Below, piece by piece: positions 34,001 through 46,533 of a DNA stretch of 64,000 bases; position 1 is the stretch's first letter, and each line of letters opens with the position of its first letter. A program made the position numbers and the translations under genes. The stretch is from Klebsormidium nitens (lineage: Eukaryota > Plantae > Klebsormidiophyceae). The stretch is from NCBI GenBank assembly GCA_000708835.1, contig DF237291.1, positions 35,997 to 99,996 of the forward strand, read 5' to 3'. The notes below the pieces were generated by a model. It was not told the DNA's origin. It ran no database searches and saw only the letters and a list, made by a program, of their open reading frames with translations.

Positions 34001-35571
34001 CGCATCTCGCTTCCTCCTCAGGGAGCATCCCGTCTGTATCGTGGCACGAGCCGCACTGCCGCTCGCGCCCTGCCCACCGCTTCCTGTTGGTGCCATGCAT
34101 ATGCTGAGCCGTGCGTGGGGGTGTGGTGCAGGGCCCGTGTCCGAATTGCGGCGCGGAGAACACGACCTTCTTTGGCACCATCCTGACGGTGCCCAGCCCC
34201 TCCGACACCAACCCTGTCAAGTGCGAAAGGTACGTACGCTATGCTGGCGAATGGCCGTCAAGCGACTGCTCATTAGAAGGTGCAGCACGGGGGGTAAACC
34301 CATGCGGAGGAGGAGTTCGTCTTGAGCGCGAGCATATGATCTGCCCCCCTAAACCCCTTTCGGAACCCCGCTTGCCCTCGCGCTCGAACCGACCCGTTTT
34401 CGGCCCACCCCGTTAACCTCCGATTGAGAACCGTGGCATACAACTTGCCTAAGACAGGCCCCACTGTCACCGTTCTATGATTTCCGTAGTCTGCCGGGTC
34501 TCCCTTCTTGAATTTTGCCACCAGCGCCCCCTCATTCCAGCTCTTTGGAAATACCCCCTCCTCAAAGACCCGGTCAGCACTTTGAGAAGAGGCACCTCCC
34601 CGGCCTTCAACAACTCGGCCGTAAAGCCCCCCAGGTCCGGACTCTTCCCGTTCTTCAAAGACCTCAACGCCGTTTGCACTTCCCGCCTGTTACCGCTGTG
34701 TCCAACTCTCCGTTCCCGTCACCGCTCGCCGCTCCACCCCTAGCTGACCCACCCCTGGCTGACCGACCTCTGCCGCACCCGGAATCTTCCCTGGCTGTTT
34801 GTAAAGACTTTTGCAGTGCTTCAGCAAACCAGCTTCGTGCTCTTTTTCTAAACCTTTTCCTCTTTTTTGGAACCGCCTCCAAAAGACTGCAGGACTAATC
34901 TGTATCTGATCCGCCAGCTTAGCTACCCTATTCTTATTGAACGCCCTCTTTTTGCGCCTGACCATCTTCCTATATCCTTTCTTGAGCTGAGAGCTCAAGT
35001 GAGAGGGGCCATCTGTCTTTAGCAGCGTCAAAAAGCCCTTGCGTGCACTCCTGCACTCTCCATCATACCAAGAAGGGCTACGGCTGGCAAATTGCTTTCT
35101 TGACAAAGGCGAAGGAAACGCACACCGAGCGGCATCCCTAATGGTTGCTTCCAAAGCGAAAGCTGCTTCTCCAGGTTGCCAGCCCTGAAGAGATGAGCGA
35201 ATTGAATGTGGTCACATGCTCCATGCATGCTTGCTAGCGCGCTGGTTTCCAACAGTCGGAGTAGGTCGCTTTGAAATCATTCTCGGATTGCCTAATCTCA
35301 CACTAGACTAGCCAGTCTTGATGGACTCGGTGTCATCTTTTAACGGTTGACAGCAAAAGCGGATAGCAAACGGTCTTGATTGCAAGCACCCGTGTCCCTT
35401 GCCTAACCTGGTCTCGACGTGGGTGCGTGCAGCTGCGGCACAAATCTCAAGTTCGAAAGGGATTCGCGCTTGATCCTTATCGACGAGGATGCCCCCGCCA
35501 GCAAAGGACCGAAATCGCCACCGGGACCCAAGCGACCTCCTGCAAAGAAGCCAACCCCTGCGGAAGCGTAG
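31063..35571 (+). CDS. PGRL1: PGR5-like protein 1 (thylakoid cyclic electron flow), 8 exons
   Basis: Exons 31063-31330 (transit-peptide-like), 31708-31932, 32320-32420, 32673-32806, 33066-33117, 33860-33970, 34132-34229, 35433-35571. Motifs YCSIN..EMEADFLAALQSFYYD..MSNEEFDNLKEEL, RCSLRSRKVYSD, DDLTGFEITYLLELPEP, CPNC..CESC. Confidence 0.93.
34270..35160 (-). mobile_element. Frameshifted non-LTR retrotransposon (LINE) ORF2 fragment in the last PGRL1 intron
   Basis: Pieces in different frames: SWYDGECRSARK..SPAVFWRRF, GKSPDLGGFTAELLK, KKGDPADYGNHRTVTV..GKLYATVLNRRL..QAGFRKG..DHMLAL. These cover the linker plus the start of the RT domain. Confidence 0.85.
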
Positions 35572-36686
35572 AAAAGGGGTCCGGATGCGCTCTCCTCAAC
35601 GGAATCAAGTTGACTGTGTACGTTGGTGTTGGACTCTATATTCGGGTTGATACATTCATTAAACATAGAGCAACATTGCATGCACATGCATATTCAGGGA
35701 CGTTTTGAGATGAGAGTTGGCACTTCTGCATGAGATTTGATTGTGAGAAGCTGATTGCTGTCTAGCATGACCACCGTACTGTTGCGGCACTCCATGAGTT
35801 ATGCGCCTGCGACTCGGCGGTCCCAGTGCACCTCATAGAACGTCTTCTTGCACAAGCACATTGGCATGTTCGCTATGTCGGAAAGAGACAAGCTGCTGCC
35901 ATATGTGCAGGTATACGCGCTCAATCGACGGCAGTGCTAACAAAGCGCGGCGCTTGATGTGTCCCAACCCAGTCATGCTTTGGCTAGCCCTCCCTATATC
36001 CGAGCGCATGGACTGGCGGTCGTGGTGAACTTATAGGGACAAAGGAAGCGTTATATAACATGTGTTCGGATCCGATCGACCGGCCTGACATATAAGTACC
36101 TAGCGTGACAACAATTGCTAGCTGTTGCATGCATGCATGTGCATGTTATCGTTATGCGTGGCCGGCACTACTGGCTATCATGCAGCCGACGCACGCATTT
36201 GCCACGATTCGACGACCAAATTACACACTCGTAATTATATATATACAACCAGGTACGCATACAAATGTTCACCTCAGTGGTTAAGTTCACTTATACATGT
36301 GGAGATATGATGATGTATACAGGCTGCAAGGCATTTGCACACTAGTTATTCTGCGTCGAACGGCGAATTATGTTGATGGAATCGTAGTACTACCACATGC
36401 TGTTTTGAAACCTCCGACCGTTAGTGCACTAGGCAGGTCGAGCGCATTAAGCCCACGCAGTCGATCTTAGATTCTATATATTGGTTAGCCGCAAATTAAA
36501 GCAGTCAATTAGCTACAAATGATAAGTCCGTACCTGTTGCTATCCACAATCTGATATGTCCCAATTGTAAACTTGAGCTAGATGTCATCCTGTACAGTCT
36601 AGGCAGTTCAAAGCGAACACGTGTTTCAAGGAAGCAATTTCACTGCACGGGCCCCACTGTGTGCCTCCCCTCCGTTCGCCCCCTCC

Positions 36687-39600
36687 TTACGATGCCCCTG
36701 ATGGCCGCGGCCCCAAGGGTGATTGTGAGTATCCAGGGGGCGCCGCGGGCTTGGGGAATGCCCCCGGGCTGCCTCCGTCCGGGTAGGCCCTGCTCCCAAA
36801 GCTGGACCCATAAGCGGACGGGAAGGCTTGCCCCTGCGCAAAGCGGGGCGCCCCTCCCTGAGGGGACGGCGGTGGCGTGGGGCTGCCAAACGGCGGCATG
36901 TGGAACGGCCCTTGAGGGCTGGGGGGTGGGGTGCCCGCTTGGCCCCCAGGGAAGCTCCCCGGCTTTGCATTGAACCCGGCAAATGCGGCAGACGGCCCTG
37001 GCCGCTCCGCCCCTTCCCCGGTAGATTCCTGCCGAAGACTGCTGGCCCGCTGATATTTGGACTTGGCCCCCTGCCACAGGAAAGGGCACGTCAGAAGCGG
37101 AGAGACGTACGCGCAACGCAGACTACTTCAGAAGCCGAGGTCTGCTTGAAGGCTGGAGTTGAAAAGGTTCCACTGCCGAAGAGACGGCCCACTGCCAGCA
37201 GCTCCTCAGAGCCAGGGACAGGCAGGACGTGAAGCAGACCTCATTTGCGAGTGTGCGCAGGAGGGGGGGGCCCACCAGCCTTTTGCTTGCCGGGGAGTGC
37301 TGGCTGCGGGGCGGGCTTGCGTACCTGGAAGATGACGCCCAGCTTCTTGAGCGCCTTGGCACGCTGCGCTGCCACGTCCTTGGCGATGCCTGGCTCGTAC
37401 AGCACGGCGGCCACCACCGCGCTCACGGTCGCCTCGATGTCCACCACGTTCTGCCGCCACAGCGCCTCCGTCAGCACCGGCGTCTTCTGCGCCAGGAACG
37501 CCGCCACCGCCTCCTCGCTCACGTCCCCGCTGCGCAGCTGCCGCTTCAAGTCCTCCTGCATCGACACCAGGCTCACCGCGCCTGCACGGGCTCGCCGCTG
37601 CGTCAGGCACGACACCACAACCAGAAGGGCAGAAGACGCCAGTGCAAAAGCCACCGTATTGCGCAAAGACATCGGTCTCACATCAAAACTTCCGGGTGCT
37701 GGTGGAGGTACTTGCTGCCCAGCAGGTTCGAGGGCAAGGCATGAACTGGTCTTCTCGGCGTTGAGTGCTGCAGGCTGGCCCTGACCTGCCAAGACCGGGG
37801 CCCTTTGGCGCGTGGGTGCACTCACCTGCTGCGGCGGAGACTTGTGTCCTGAAGCCATGGCCCTTGGCGCGCACCCACTCTGCGGCAAACGGCAGGCCCC
37901 ACCGCTTCCCAAGGAAGGCTGCCGCCCGCCGCTCGTAGATGTAGCCAATCGTATGCAAGAATGCCTCCCCAAATGCTGCAAGTTGGATCCAGAAGAGCGT
38001 AGAATCTGTGAGGAAGATTGGCCCAGGACTGCCTTCACTAGGGGGTATGTGCATCTACTCAGGATTATGTGGATCGCAACACATTGACTGCTTCACGAAC
38101 ACCAGCAGCCGAGACTTTGAATTCTCTTGAACGCAACGGGCGGCTGGCAGACGGATGAGCTGGCTGTTGGGCCTCACTGGCATCCGCGAGCCTGGCTGCC
38201 TCTGCGGTGGCCCACGCGGTGAAGCCGTCGCGGTCGCCCTGCACGTACAGCGCCAGCTTGCCCACCAGGAGGCTGGCCAGCGCGTGCTCGCGCTCCACCT
38301 GCACCGCCTGCACCGCACAAACATGCCAGGGGGGGCTCTCAGCATTCCGCACAGCTCGAGAGACTTCGTCCCACACGAGAGTAAGACCCTCGCCCCCGAC
38401 CGAGCTGCAGTAAATTTAGGCTGCACAGGGGCCCTGTGATTCATCTTCTCGGGCTCCAAACCGCCAGGAAGCGCGCCGATACTGCCAACTGGAGCGAATG
38501 GGGGAAGCTTGTCAGCATGCTTTTGTTGCTCCCGCACACCAATCGCTCTTGACAGCTTGGCCCAACATTGCCCCTCCCCTCAAGTAGCGGCAGCCCCTTG
38601 TCGCGTGAGGTGCCTGCCGTGCTTACCTGCAGTTTCTTGCGCAGCGCGGCCTGGTCCACCTGCTGGTGGGTGCTGGCGCCCTCTGCGTAGAGGGCGGCCA
38701 CGCTGGCCATGGCGAGCTGGCCCGTGTACTCCGCAAACAGGTCGCTCCCAAACAGCATCCCAAACAGGACGCCCGGATCCATGAGCCCCTCCCTGCACCG
38801 CACCGCACCCACCAGTCAACGACTCGCTCTGTCAGGGAATACTGACGGCAGCGCGCCGCCGCAGACTGCCCCAACAGCAGAGTGTGCCCGGCCAGAACAA
38901 GCGCTCAGAGGAAGCTCGCAAGGAGCAGAGCGGGACCAGCAATTTTTACAGCATGTGCCGGCCGCGGTTGGCGAACCCTGCTTGGGGGGGGCGGCTTACT
39001 CTTGTACGCTGGTCTTGCCATACTTGTCATATGCGGTACGCTGCTGCGGGTCCGACAACACCTGGTACGCCTCCCCGAGAGCCTGCACCATACCAGCCGC
39101 ACACATGTAGCTATCAAGAAGCAGAGGGGCAAAGGCGTATCGAAGGCACCGGGTAGCCAATTTCCTGTTGTGGCCCGATGGCCATGCCGAAAACCAGGGA
39201 GGCCCGCCAGTAAGAGGGCAGCACCGCAATGAGCAGATAGTGCCCAGAAGCGCTCAGCGCTGAGGCAGCGATGCGGCAATCAGATACAAGTGAGCATGGG
39301 CAGCAATGCCGCGAGAGCAGGCATGGCAGGGCACGCACCTGGAACTGCCGGGCGGCATCGGGGCTGGGGTTCTTGTCCGGGTGCACCTTGCGCGCCTGCC
39401 AGGACAAAATGGGGCAATTAGACCTAAAGGTCCAGAAAACAGAAGCGTAGCCCCAACGGGCACTCCTTACCCCCTTATTAGACAACCACAATTTGCAGTA
39501 ACACACAACTGTCTCTCTCTCAATTACAGCATTGTCGATTCACTGTGCAGGTAAAGAGCAAAGAGCTGCCTGGCAATGCCGGGTGCTGAGGTCGGGGCAC

Positions 39601-39814
39601 CGCCCGTGGCCAGGCCCAGCACTAGCAATGCAGGCTGATGCAACCAAGGTGAGAGCACTGGTCCAGATGCTGCCGCGTCCAGCCCGCAAATCACCAGTGC
39701 ATTGCCCTGCGTGTCTGCGTGGCTGACCTGCAAGTAGTACGCCTTCTTGATGTCCCCTGCACTGGCATCGGGGGGCACTCCCAGCCGCTCGTAGAACTCC
39801 GTCTCCTTCACCAT
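36687..39814 (-). CDS. DnaJ protein with DnaJ-X domain (plant J10-like) and Pro/Gly-rich tail, 8 exons
   Basis: [31 protein letters not shown] (HPD motif)..[63 protein letters not shown] junctions are phase-compatible; stop at 36687. Confidence 0.9.
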
Positions 39815-40293
39815 GGCAGACGCTCAGTGGAGCAGAGGAGGCGGACCGCGGCACAGGGACGAAAGCCCCACGCAGAATGCTAAGAGCTGCTCTTCCCCTG
39901 CAACAAGGTGTTGAGCCACTAAAATGGACATGCGGGGACCTTCACGCAAAGCTTCCTGCAGCTAGGCCATCCAATGGCCACGTGTCGGGAATGCCTCTAT
40001 GTCCATGCTGAGCTGAAATAGGTTGAAAACAAGGGACGGTAGGCTTGGGCGCAAGTCTGCTGGTGCTATGTCAGCCTATGATGCCGCCATTGCACAATCC
40101 AATGCAAGCCTGGCGTTTCCAGGAGACAGGAGAGAGATCTTGCCGCCACCTGTTTGTGCATCTGTGGCATGGGTTATTTAAAACATGTATAGTTAACCCC
40201 TCTGCCGTTATTGTCGCCGCCAACCGCTCGGCACCATCGAACGGTAAAGCGTGTTGCAACTTGCAACTTGCGTATGTCCCGTTGTCACTCAAA

Positions 40294-40470
40294 CTGGCGA
40301 CAACTGTGTTCACTTAAGAACAGGTCCCGGGGACGGGTAGGGTTGGTATGGGGGTTAGGGTGGGTAAGGGTGCGGAGCGCGTAATCTTGTTAGTTTAGGT
40401 TTTTAGTTTGTTTTTGCCCCGGGCGGATACTTAAGTGAACACACGCTTAAGTGAACACAAATGTCGCCAG
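40294..40470. mobile_element. Small MITE-like element between the divergent DnaJ and PEAMT genes
   Basis: Inverted repeats ACTGGCGACAACTGTGTTCACTTAAG (40293-40318) and CTTAAGTGAACACAAATGTCGCCAGT (40446-40471) match 24/26. The inner end of the right TIR is duplicated. TSD is ambiguous (AA/TA). Confidence 0.65.
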
Positions 40471-40804
40471 TATATTCACTCATGAGTGATTACTTCCCGA
40501 GACCAATCTAGGCCGTACCTACTATAGCAATCCAAGCGCGGTCCCTTCGGTAGTGACGGCGGCCGCACCTCCAACAGTGGCAATGGCAGGGGGTTTGCGG
40601 TAACCGAAATACCAGCCTACTCAGCCTCTGCCATGCCATTCTTCATTGGGCCAGTGCCTCTTCTGAGACTGAAGTGTGATTCTGAACACAGACAGTGAAT
40701 CAGAACAGAGCACAATTGCAGATTTGGCGAAGCTCACTTCACCTCGACTTCTTGAGCTCGTTGTCCTGTCGCCGCTGGCCGTGGGAGAAGCGTTGGAAGC
40801 CGCC

Positions 40805-43800
40805 ATGGCGTTTACAAGTGAGGAGCATCGTTTCAGTAATTGGGATTTTGTGCTTCTGCGCCGGTGTTCAACCATCTTCGTTTGGCAATTTATTGCATGC
40901 AACGGGTAGTGCACTTGATGCCTTAAGGGCACTGTTGCATGCTTGTTGCAAGTTGCCAGTTTGGAACGGCGTTCTCGCTTCTTGCCCTGTCTTTTCTGAG
41001 TTGCTGCTTGGTGGTTTTCTGTGCAGCGGAGCGTGCGGTGCAGGAGGCGTACTGGAAGGAGCACAGCCAGGGCACCGTGGAGGCCATGATGCTGGACAGC
41101 CAGGCGCGTGTCCTCGACAAGATGGAGAGGCCCGAGGTGGGTGCGCCACCTGTACCACCGACACCCTGCAAACGTTCGCTTTATTGGCTGCCACCATGCA
41201 TCCTTGCCACCATGTGCACGGGCACAGTCCCATCGCCATTGCTCTTGACCTCATGCCTGCTTGTTTCTGGAGCGTCTCTTTCTGTGTAAGCCGTGCTAAA
41301 GGGCTTTGTTGCTCTGGGCTGTTTGCTGCAGATTTTGGGGATGCTTCCTGTGCTGAGCGGCAAGGATATTGTGGAGCTTGGCGCGGGGATTGGCCGCTTC
41401 ACCGGCTCCTTTGCCGCGCTGGCCAAGAGCATTCTTGCAGTGGACTTCATGGAGAGCGCCATTCAGAAGGTGTGTTCCACAGAGTCCACATTAGTGTGCC
41501 TTCCATGACCACCTTTGTGGCAACCAGAAGGCTAGTGATTCCTGCCACATGCGCGGCCACCCCCACCACTTAGCTTCGTCTGCACATCGAGTGCATGGGT
41601 GGCCTGCCTGAGCTGCTTTAACTGCATTCCAAGGTTGGGCATGCTGTGGGTGTAATATCAATCTTGGTGGTGCGCTGCAGAACCAGGAGGTGCATGGTCA
41701 CTTCCCCAATGCTTCCTTCCGAACTGCGGACGTCACCCAGCTCGAGCTTCCTGAGTGCCAGACAGACCTTGTCTTCTCCAACTGGCTCCTCATGTACCTC
41801 GACGATGACGAGGTGAGGGGAGCAACGGACAAGGGGGCCGCCGATCGCTGCCTCGATGCCTCTGGCCTTGATTGCCCAGCATAACATTTGCACTGAGGGG
41901 CAGATCTTTGCAAGGGCTGCCCTTGCGCAGTGCACGCATGCCAAGAATTGCGATTGAGCGCTGCCCCTCCCTGGACAGTTTACCGAGCGCTGGTCTGTCG
42001 CAGGTACGCAGCCTGTCGGAGCGGTGCCTGCGCTGGCTGCGCCCCGGGGGCCACCTGTTCTTCCGCGAGTCGTGCTTCCACCAGAGCGGCGACCAGAAGC
42101 GCAAGTCCAACCCCACCCACTACCGGGACCCCAGCTTCTACAACCAGGTGCGCCACCCCGAGGCCCCTCCTGTGCTGATTCCTGAGCCCTGTGTCATTCC
42201 GCCCTCTTGCGGGTTGGCTGTTCTGTGCAGCAGTCTGCGAGCGGGCGCTCCCCCGCCCTCTAACGGGTCTTACCGGCCGCCTGCACTGCGCAGGGGGTTC
42301 CTCCAGCGCGTGCAAGTGGCCTGTCTTGACCGTTTGCTTGCTCTGTTGGCAGATCTTTGCGGAGCTGCGCGTGGCGGAGGCGGACGGCAGCTTCTCGGAG
42401 CTGCAGCTGGTGGACTGCAAGTGCGTGGACACGTACGTCACCTACAAGAAGAACCAGAACCAGGTCAGCGCCCCTCCACGTTGACCTTGGGTGGCTGCTC
42501 TTCTTTGAAGAGGCTGGGCGCCGCGCCCCTCTTTCCTCCCTGACTGCTGTCAAGGTCCAGGCTGGGCTGCTGGTCTGCTCTGTCCACCAGCGAAAATGTA
42601 CCCAAAGTACAGGCCCAATCGGATGCCACTGCGGAAACTTGGACTGTGTTGCGCGTTGCACACTGAGGAGTCGCCTTCGTGTACAGAGAGACTCCTCTCT
42701 TATCTCTTTGTAGCAGCTTCGTGCTGTCACTTGTGCCCTTACCTGGATGCCTATGTTGCCCCTTCTAGGGCGTAATGAGGGCTGGCCTCTTTCAAACTTG
42801 CAAGACCCGACCTGGCACCGCTCGGACCTGGTTTGGGCTTGCATAATTTATCTTTGTGCAACACTGACACGGTGCCGGGTGGTGTGTCGCAGGTATGCTG
42901 GCTGTGGCAGAAGGTGCAGGCGGACGGCCCTGGGGGGGTCAGTGCGCAGCGCTTCCTCGACAGCCAGCAATACACCAACCGCGGCATCCTGCGCTATGAG
43001 AGGGTCTTCGGCCCCGGCTTTGTCAGCACGGGGGGCCTCGGTGAGTGCGCCGCCCACGAGCACCAGGCCTGATTCGGCATGCAGCTATGCGGCGCAAGGG
43101 CCGTGGTGCAGTATCAAGTAGGCGTGGAGCTGAGGGGGGCTCACCTGTATTTGCTCTAACATGCTGCGAGCAGGGGAAAGGAGCCTGGCATGGGCTGCTC
43201 CTGTGTGGTCGCTGCCTGCGCCTGCCCCTGCCCCTGACGGTGGTGCGCCTGTTTGCCTGGTGCAGACACGACCCGCGAGTTTGTTGCTACTCTCGGCCTG
43301 CAACCGGGCCAGAAGGTGCTGGACGTCGGCTGCGGCATCGGCGGGGGCGACTTCTACATGGCGGACGAGTTCGACGTGGACGTCTACGGGATCGACCTCT
43401 CCGTCAACATGGTCAGCCGCGCCCTTGGCCCCTCCTCGGCCCGAATGTGCCCCTTCAGGCTGCCCTTGGCGCTGAGTCGGCCCCTCGCGGCTCTGCCGTT
43501 CGTCCCTCGTTTTCAATGTGTGCGCTGCGGCAGTTGCGCTGATCATCGGCTGTGCCGTCTTTGCGCTGATTGGGTGCCGTGTGGGCGTGGCAGGTGACGC
43601 TGGCGCTCCAGAGCGCGATTGGGCGCAAGTGCTCCGTCAGCTTCGAGGTGGCGGACTGCACGCAGAAGGCGTACCCCGAGGCGACCTTCGACGTCATCTA
43701 CAGCCGCGACACGCTGCTCCACATCCACGATAAGGCCGCGCTCTTCCGCCGCTTCCACCACTGGCTCAAGCCGGGCGGCCGCCTGCTCATCAGCGACTAC

Positions 43801-44808
43801 TGCAAGGGGCCCCACGCCGCATCCCCCGACTTTTGCGCCTACGTGCAGCAGCGCGGCTACGACCTGCACACTGTGACCGCCTACGGCCAGGTCAGTCGCC
43901 GCGGGGAAAAGCCCCCCGCACCAGCTGGCGGGGTGGGACCTTGAGCGAGGAGCAGGGTGCAGGCGGCTGCCGCAACATGCCGAGGTTGGCGCCAGACGTA
44001 TGCAGCGCACAACGGGCTTCAGTAGCTTGGTGCACCTCGGGATAGGTACTAACTGGTGCGTTTTGGTGCAGATGCTTGAGACGGCTGGCTTCACCCGTGT
44101 TGCTGCCGAGGACCGCACCCAGCAGGTCAGCAACTGCCACTGCAGCAGGCCGTGCCCCAAACTAGCCTTGACAATCTGCTAAGGCTGACTCAGAACACTT
44201 TTACGGAACTGCTGGGGTAGGTCCAGGGCAGGTACGATGCGGAGAGAGTCGAATCGCAGGCTGAGTGAACCCTGCTATAGTCCAATCTCATATTGATTAT
44301 TTCAGTTGCGGAACTGTCCCCTAACGGTCTCTTCCCCCCAATTGCCGGCCTGTTGACCGCGGGCGCAGCTTGGCAGTGTCCTTGGTGGCGCTCTCGTTTC
44401 TATCTGCACGGGTACTCCTCAGCGCTGCTCCGTGCTGACTGCCCTGCTGAGTGCAGTTCATGGCTGTGCTCGAGACGGAGCTGGCGCGCTTTGCCCAGGC
44501 CAAGGACGACTTCGTGGCCGACTTCTCCCAGGTGAGCACTCTGTGCGCGCAGCAACAGGGGATACACTGGCGCCACCGGCCCTAGTTGCCATCCGGCAGT
44601 CGTTCTTTCGCTCCGATGCGTGGGTCGCAAGGTCGCCTGTTGTCTCGGCCCTGGGCTCCATTGCGTGGCGTTGGTGCGCGTGTGATGGGGTGGCGCGTGG
44701 CTGCAGGAGGACTACGACTACATCGTGGCGGGCTGGGAGGCCAAGCTGGCGCGGTGCGCGCAGGGGGAGCAGAAGTGGGGGCTCTTCACCGCTCAGAAGG
44801 CAGCCTGA
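40805..44808 (+). CDS. PEAMT: Phosphoethanolamine N-methyltransferase (two-domain plant type), 12 exons
   Basis: 13-nt first exon 40805-40817, then [105 protein letters not shown]. Stop at 44806-44808. Confidence 0.95.
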
Positions 44809-46533
44809 TGCGGTCCTTAGGGGGGACAGCAACGGCCGGGGTCAGGGCCCTGCTCCTGGGGGGAGTAGACGAGGCTCGGGGGACACAGACAAACCCTGTA
44901 CGGATAGCAGAAAGAGTAAGTAAGTCACGCCTTGCGAGAAAAGACCAGACGCTCGCGCACAGGAGTAGGCGTCCACTCACCGCACTCGCTCGGGGTGGCT
45001 TGTAGCAGGAGTATTTGCCAGGCAACGTAGAGAAATCGTCGTACAGTAGCTCGATCACCAGCCTGTGTACCAGTAGGTTAAGTAGAGCATCCTTACCCTC
45101 TATTGTTGGTAGGATAGGAGTAGTACCAGCTAGGGTCAGCGTCCTGTCAGCTTCCCGTCAGCTTCGTTGACTCGTCTACAAGACTAGTTAGGACAGGTCT
45201 GCTTGCATCAAGCTTAGAAACAAGTGTTTGTTGGAAAGAAGAAGTAAGTAGTATCTCTCGTTTCCAACGTAGTTTACAAAGTCAGGTCTAGATTCCTTAT
45301 AGGCTTTTGCAACCTTTTTAGAGCTCGGAGCCCTAGAAGAGCCTCGAGGATACATCAACAAGCATCGAGCATCCTCATTATGCTTTGTCGCTGTTTTTGT
45401 ATGTGCTTCTAAATCCGAATGCTCATGAGTTACTATCTTCGTGAGTCCCCTATGGACGATATATTTGGCAATTCCGGATTCGTTGATTAGGGTGCATCAA
45501 GGTTCCTGTCAAGAGCGACCCGGCATCAATACGCGCTGTTGATCAGATTGGTCACAGGCTTCTCAGATAGCACTGAATCCTATGGAGTTGCTTGAGAATG
45601 TAAGGATGACTCATATCAATCTGTCTTTTCTAGTAGTACGTGGCAAGCGCATGTGCACTAAATGCAAACCCTCATGAGCGATTCGGCACATGCCACAATC
45701 AGACCATGTGTGGTAGGTGTTCTCCGCGCCATAGCATATGTTTAATTACAACGTGGTGAACTGTTTGATTGCACGGTGACCGGACATGGCGGCAACGTGA
45801 AGTCAAGTCAAGTTTGTTGATTATAGTTGGATCCTGTTATGCGAATATCGCCGGATTGATGCATTTGTGGCGCACGCACTGGTCAAACAATTAGACGACC
45901 ATATAAAGGTATTGACGTTTTGACTCGCGATTGGTAAAAGAAGGTGTATAGTTGCATGCCGCCGCGCCCTAAGGAGCACTCATATGAAAGACCATCCATG
46001 CAAGCTTGGATACTATGTACAACGAAAATTGCACAACCCTTTGTTGTATTTGAGACTAAACATTCTAGCCGAGGGCATAAAGGCACTAAAACGCTAAGTT
46101 GCTCATGAAAGGGTCGCTTCTTAGCTCAACTCCCTTGCGCGGGCAATACCATACGTCACGTTTCATCGTCACAATCACCTATGCTTGTCTTGACTAAATG
46201 AAGAAAAGCATGAAACCAATTGGAGGTGGTATCCAATGTTCCAACGACTCTTCAAGACAAGTTGGGGACCAAAAAGCATTCCATTCGTCTTTAAAAAGAG
46301 GAGCGGGATTCATACCGCTTAGAACTCTCAACAGGTCCCTCTACTTGCTACCTCCCGGGTCTGAGCTACAGCATATTCTAGACCTAGACTAAGGCGTTGA
46401 AGCACACAGTTGGAAGATACACTTCCGGAGAGTGCGCGTTACACATCCCTTCAAGTAAAATCAGAAGCATGCTTCTGCTACAACAACGTTGGACTCGAAA
46501 CGACTTGCTAAAACAAGAGCTCTATTACCAGAC

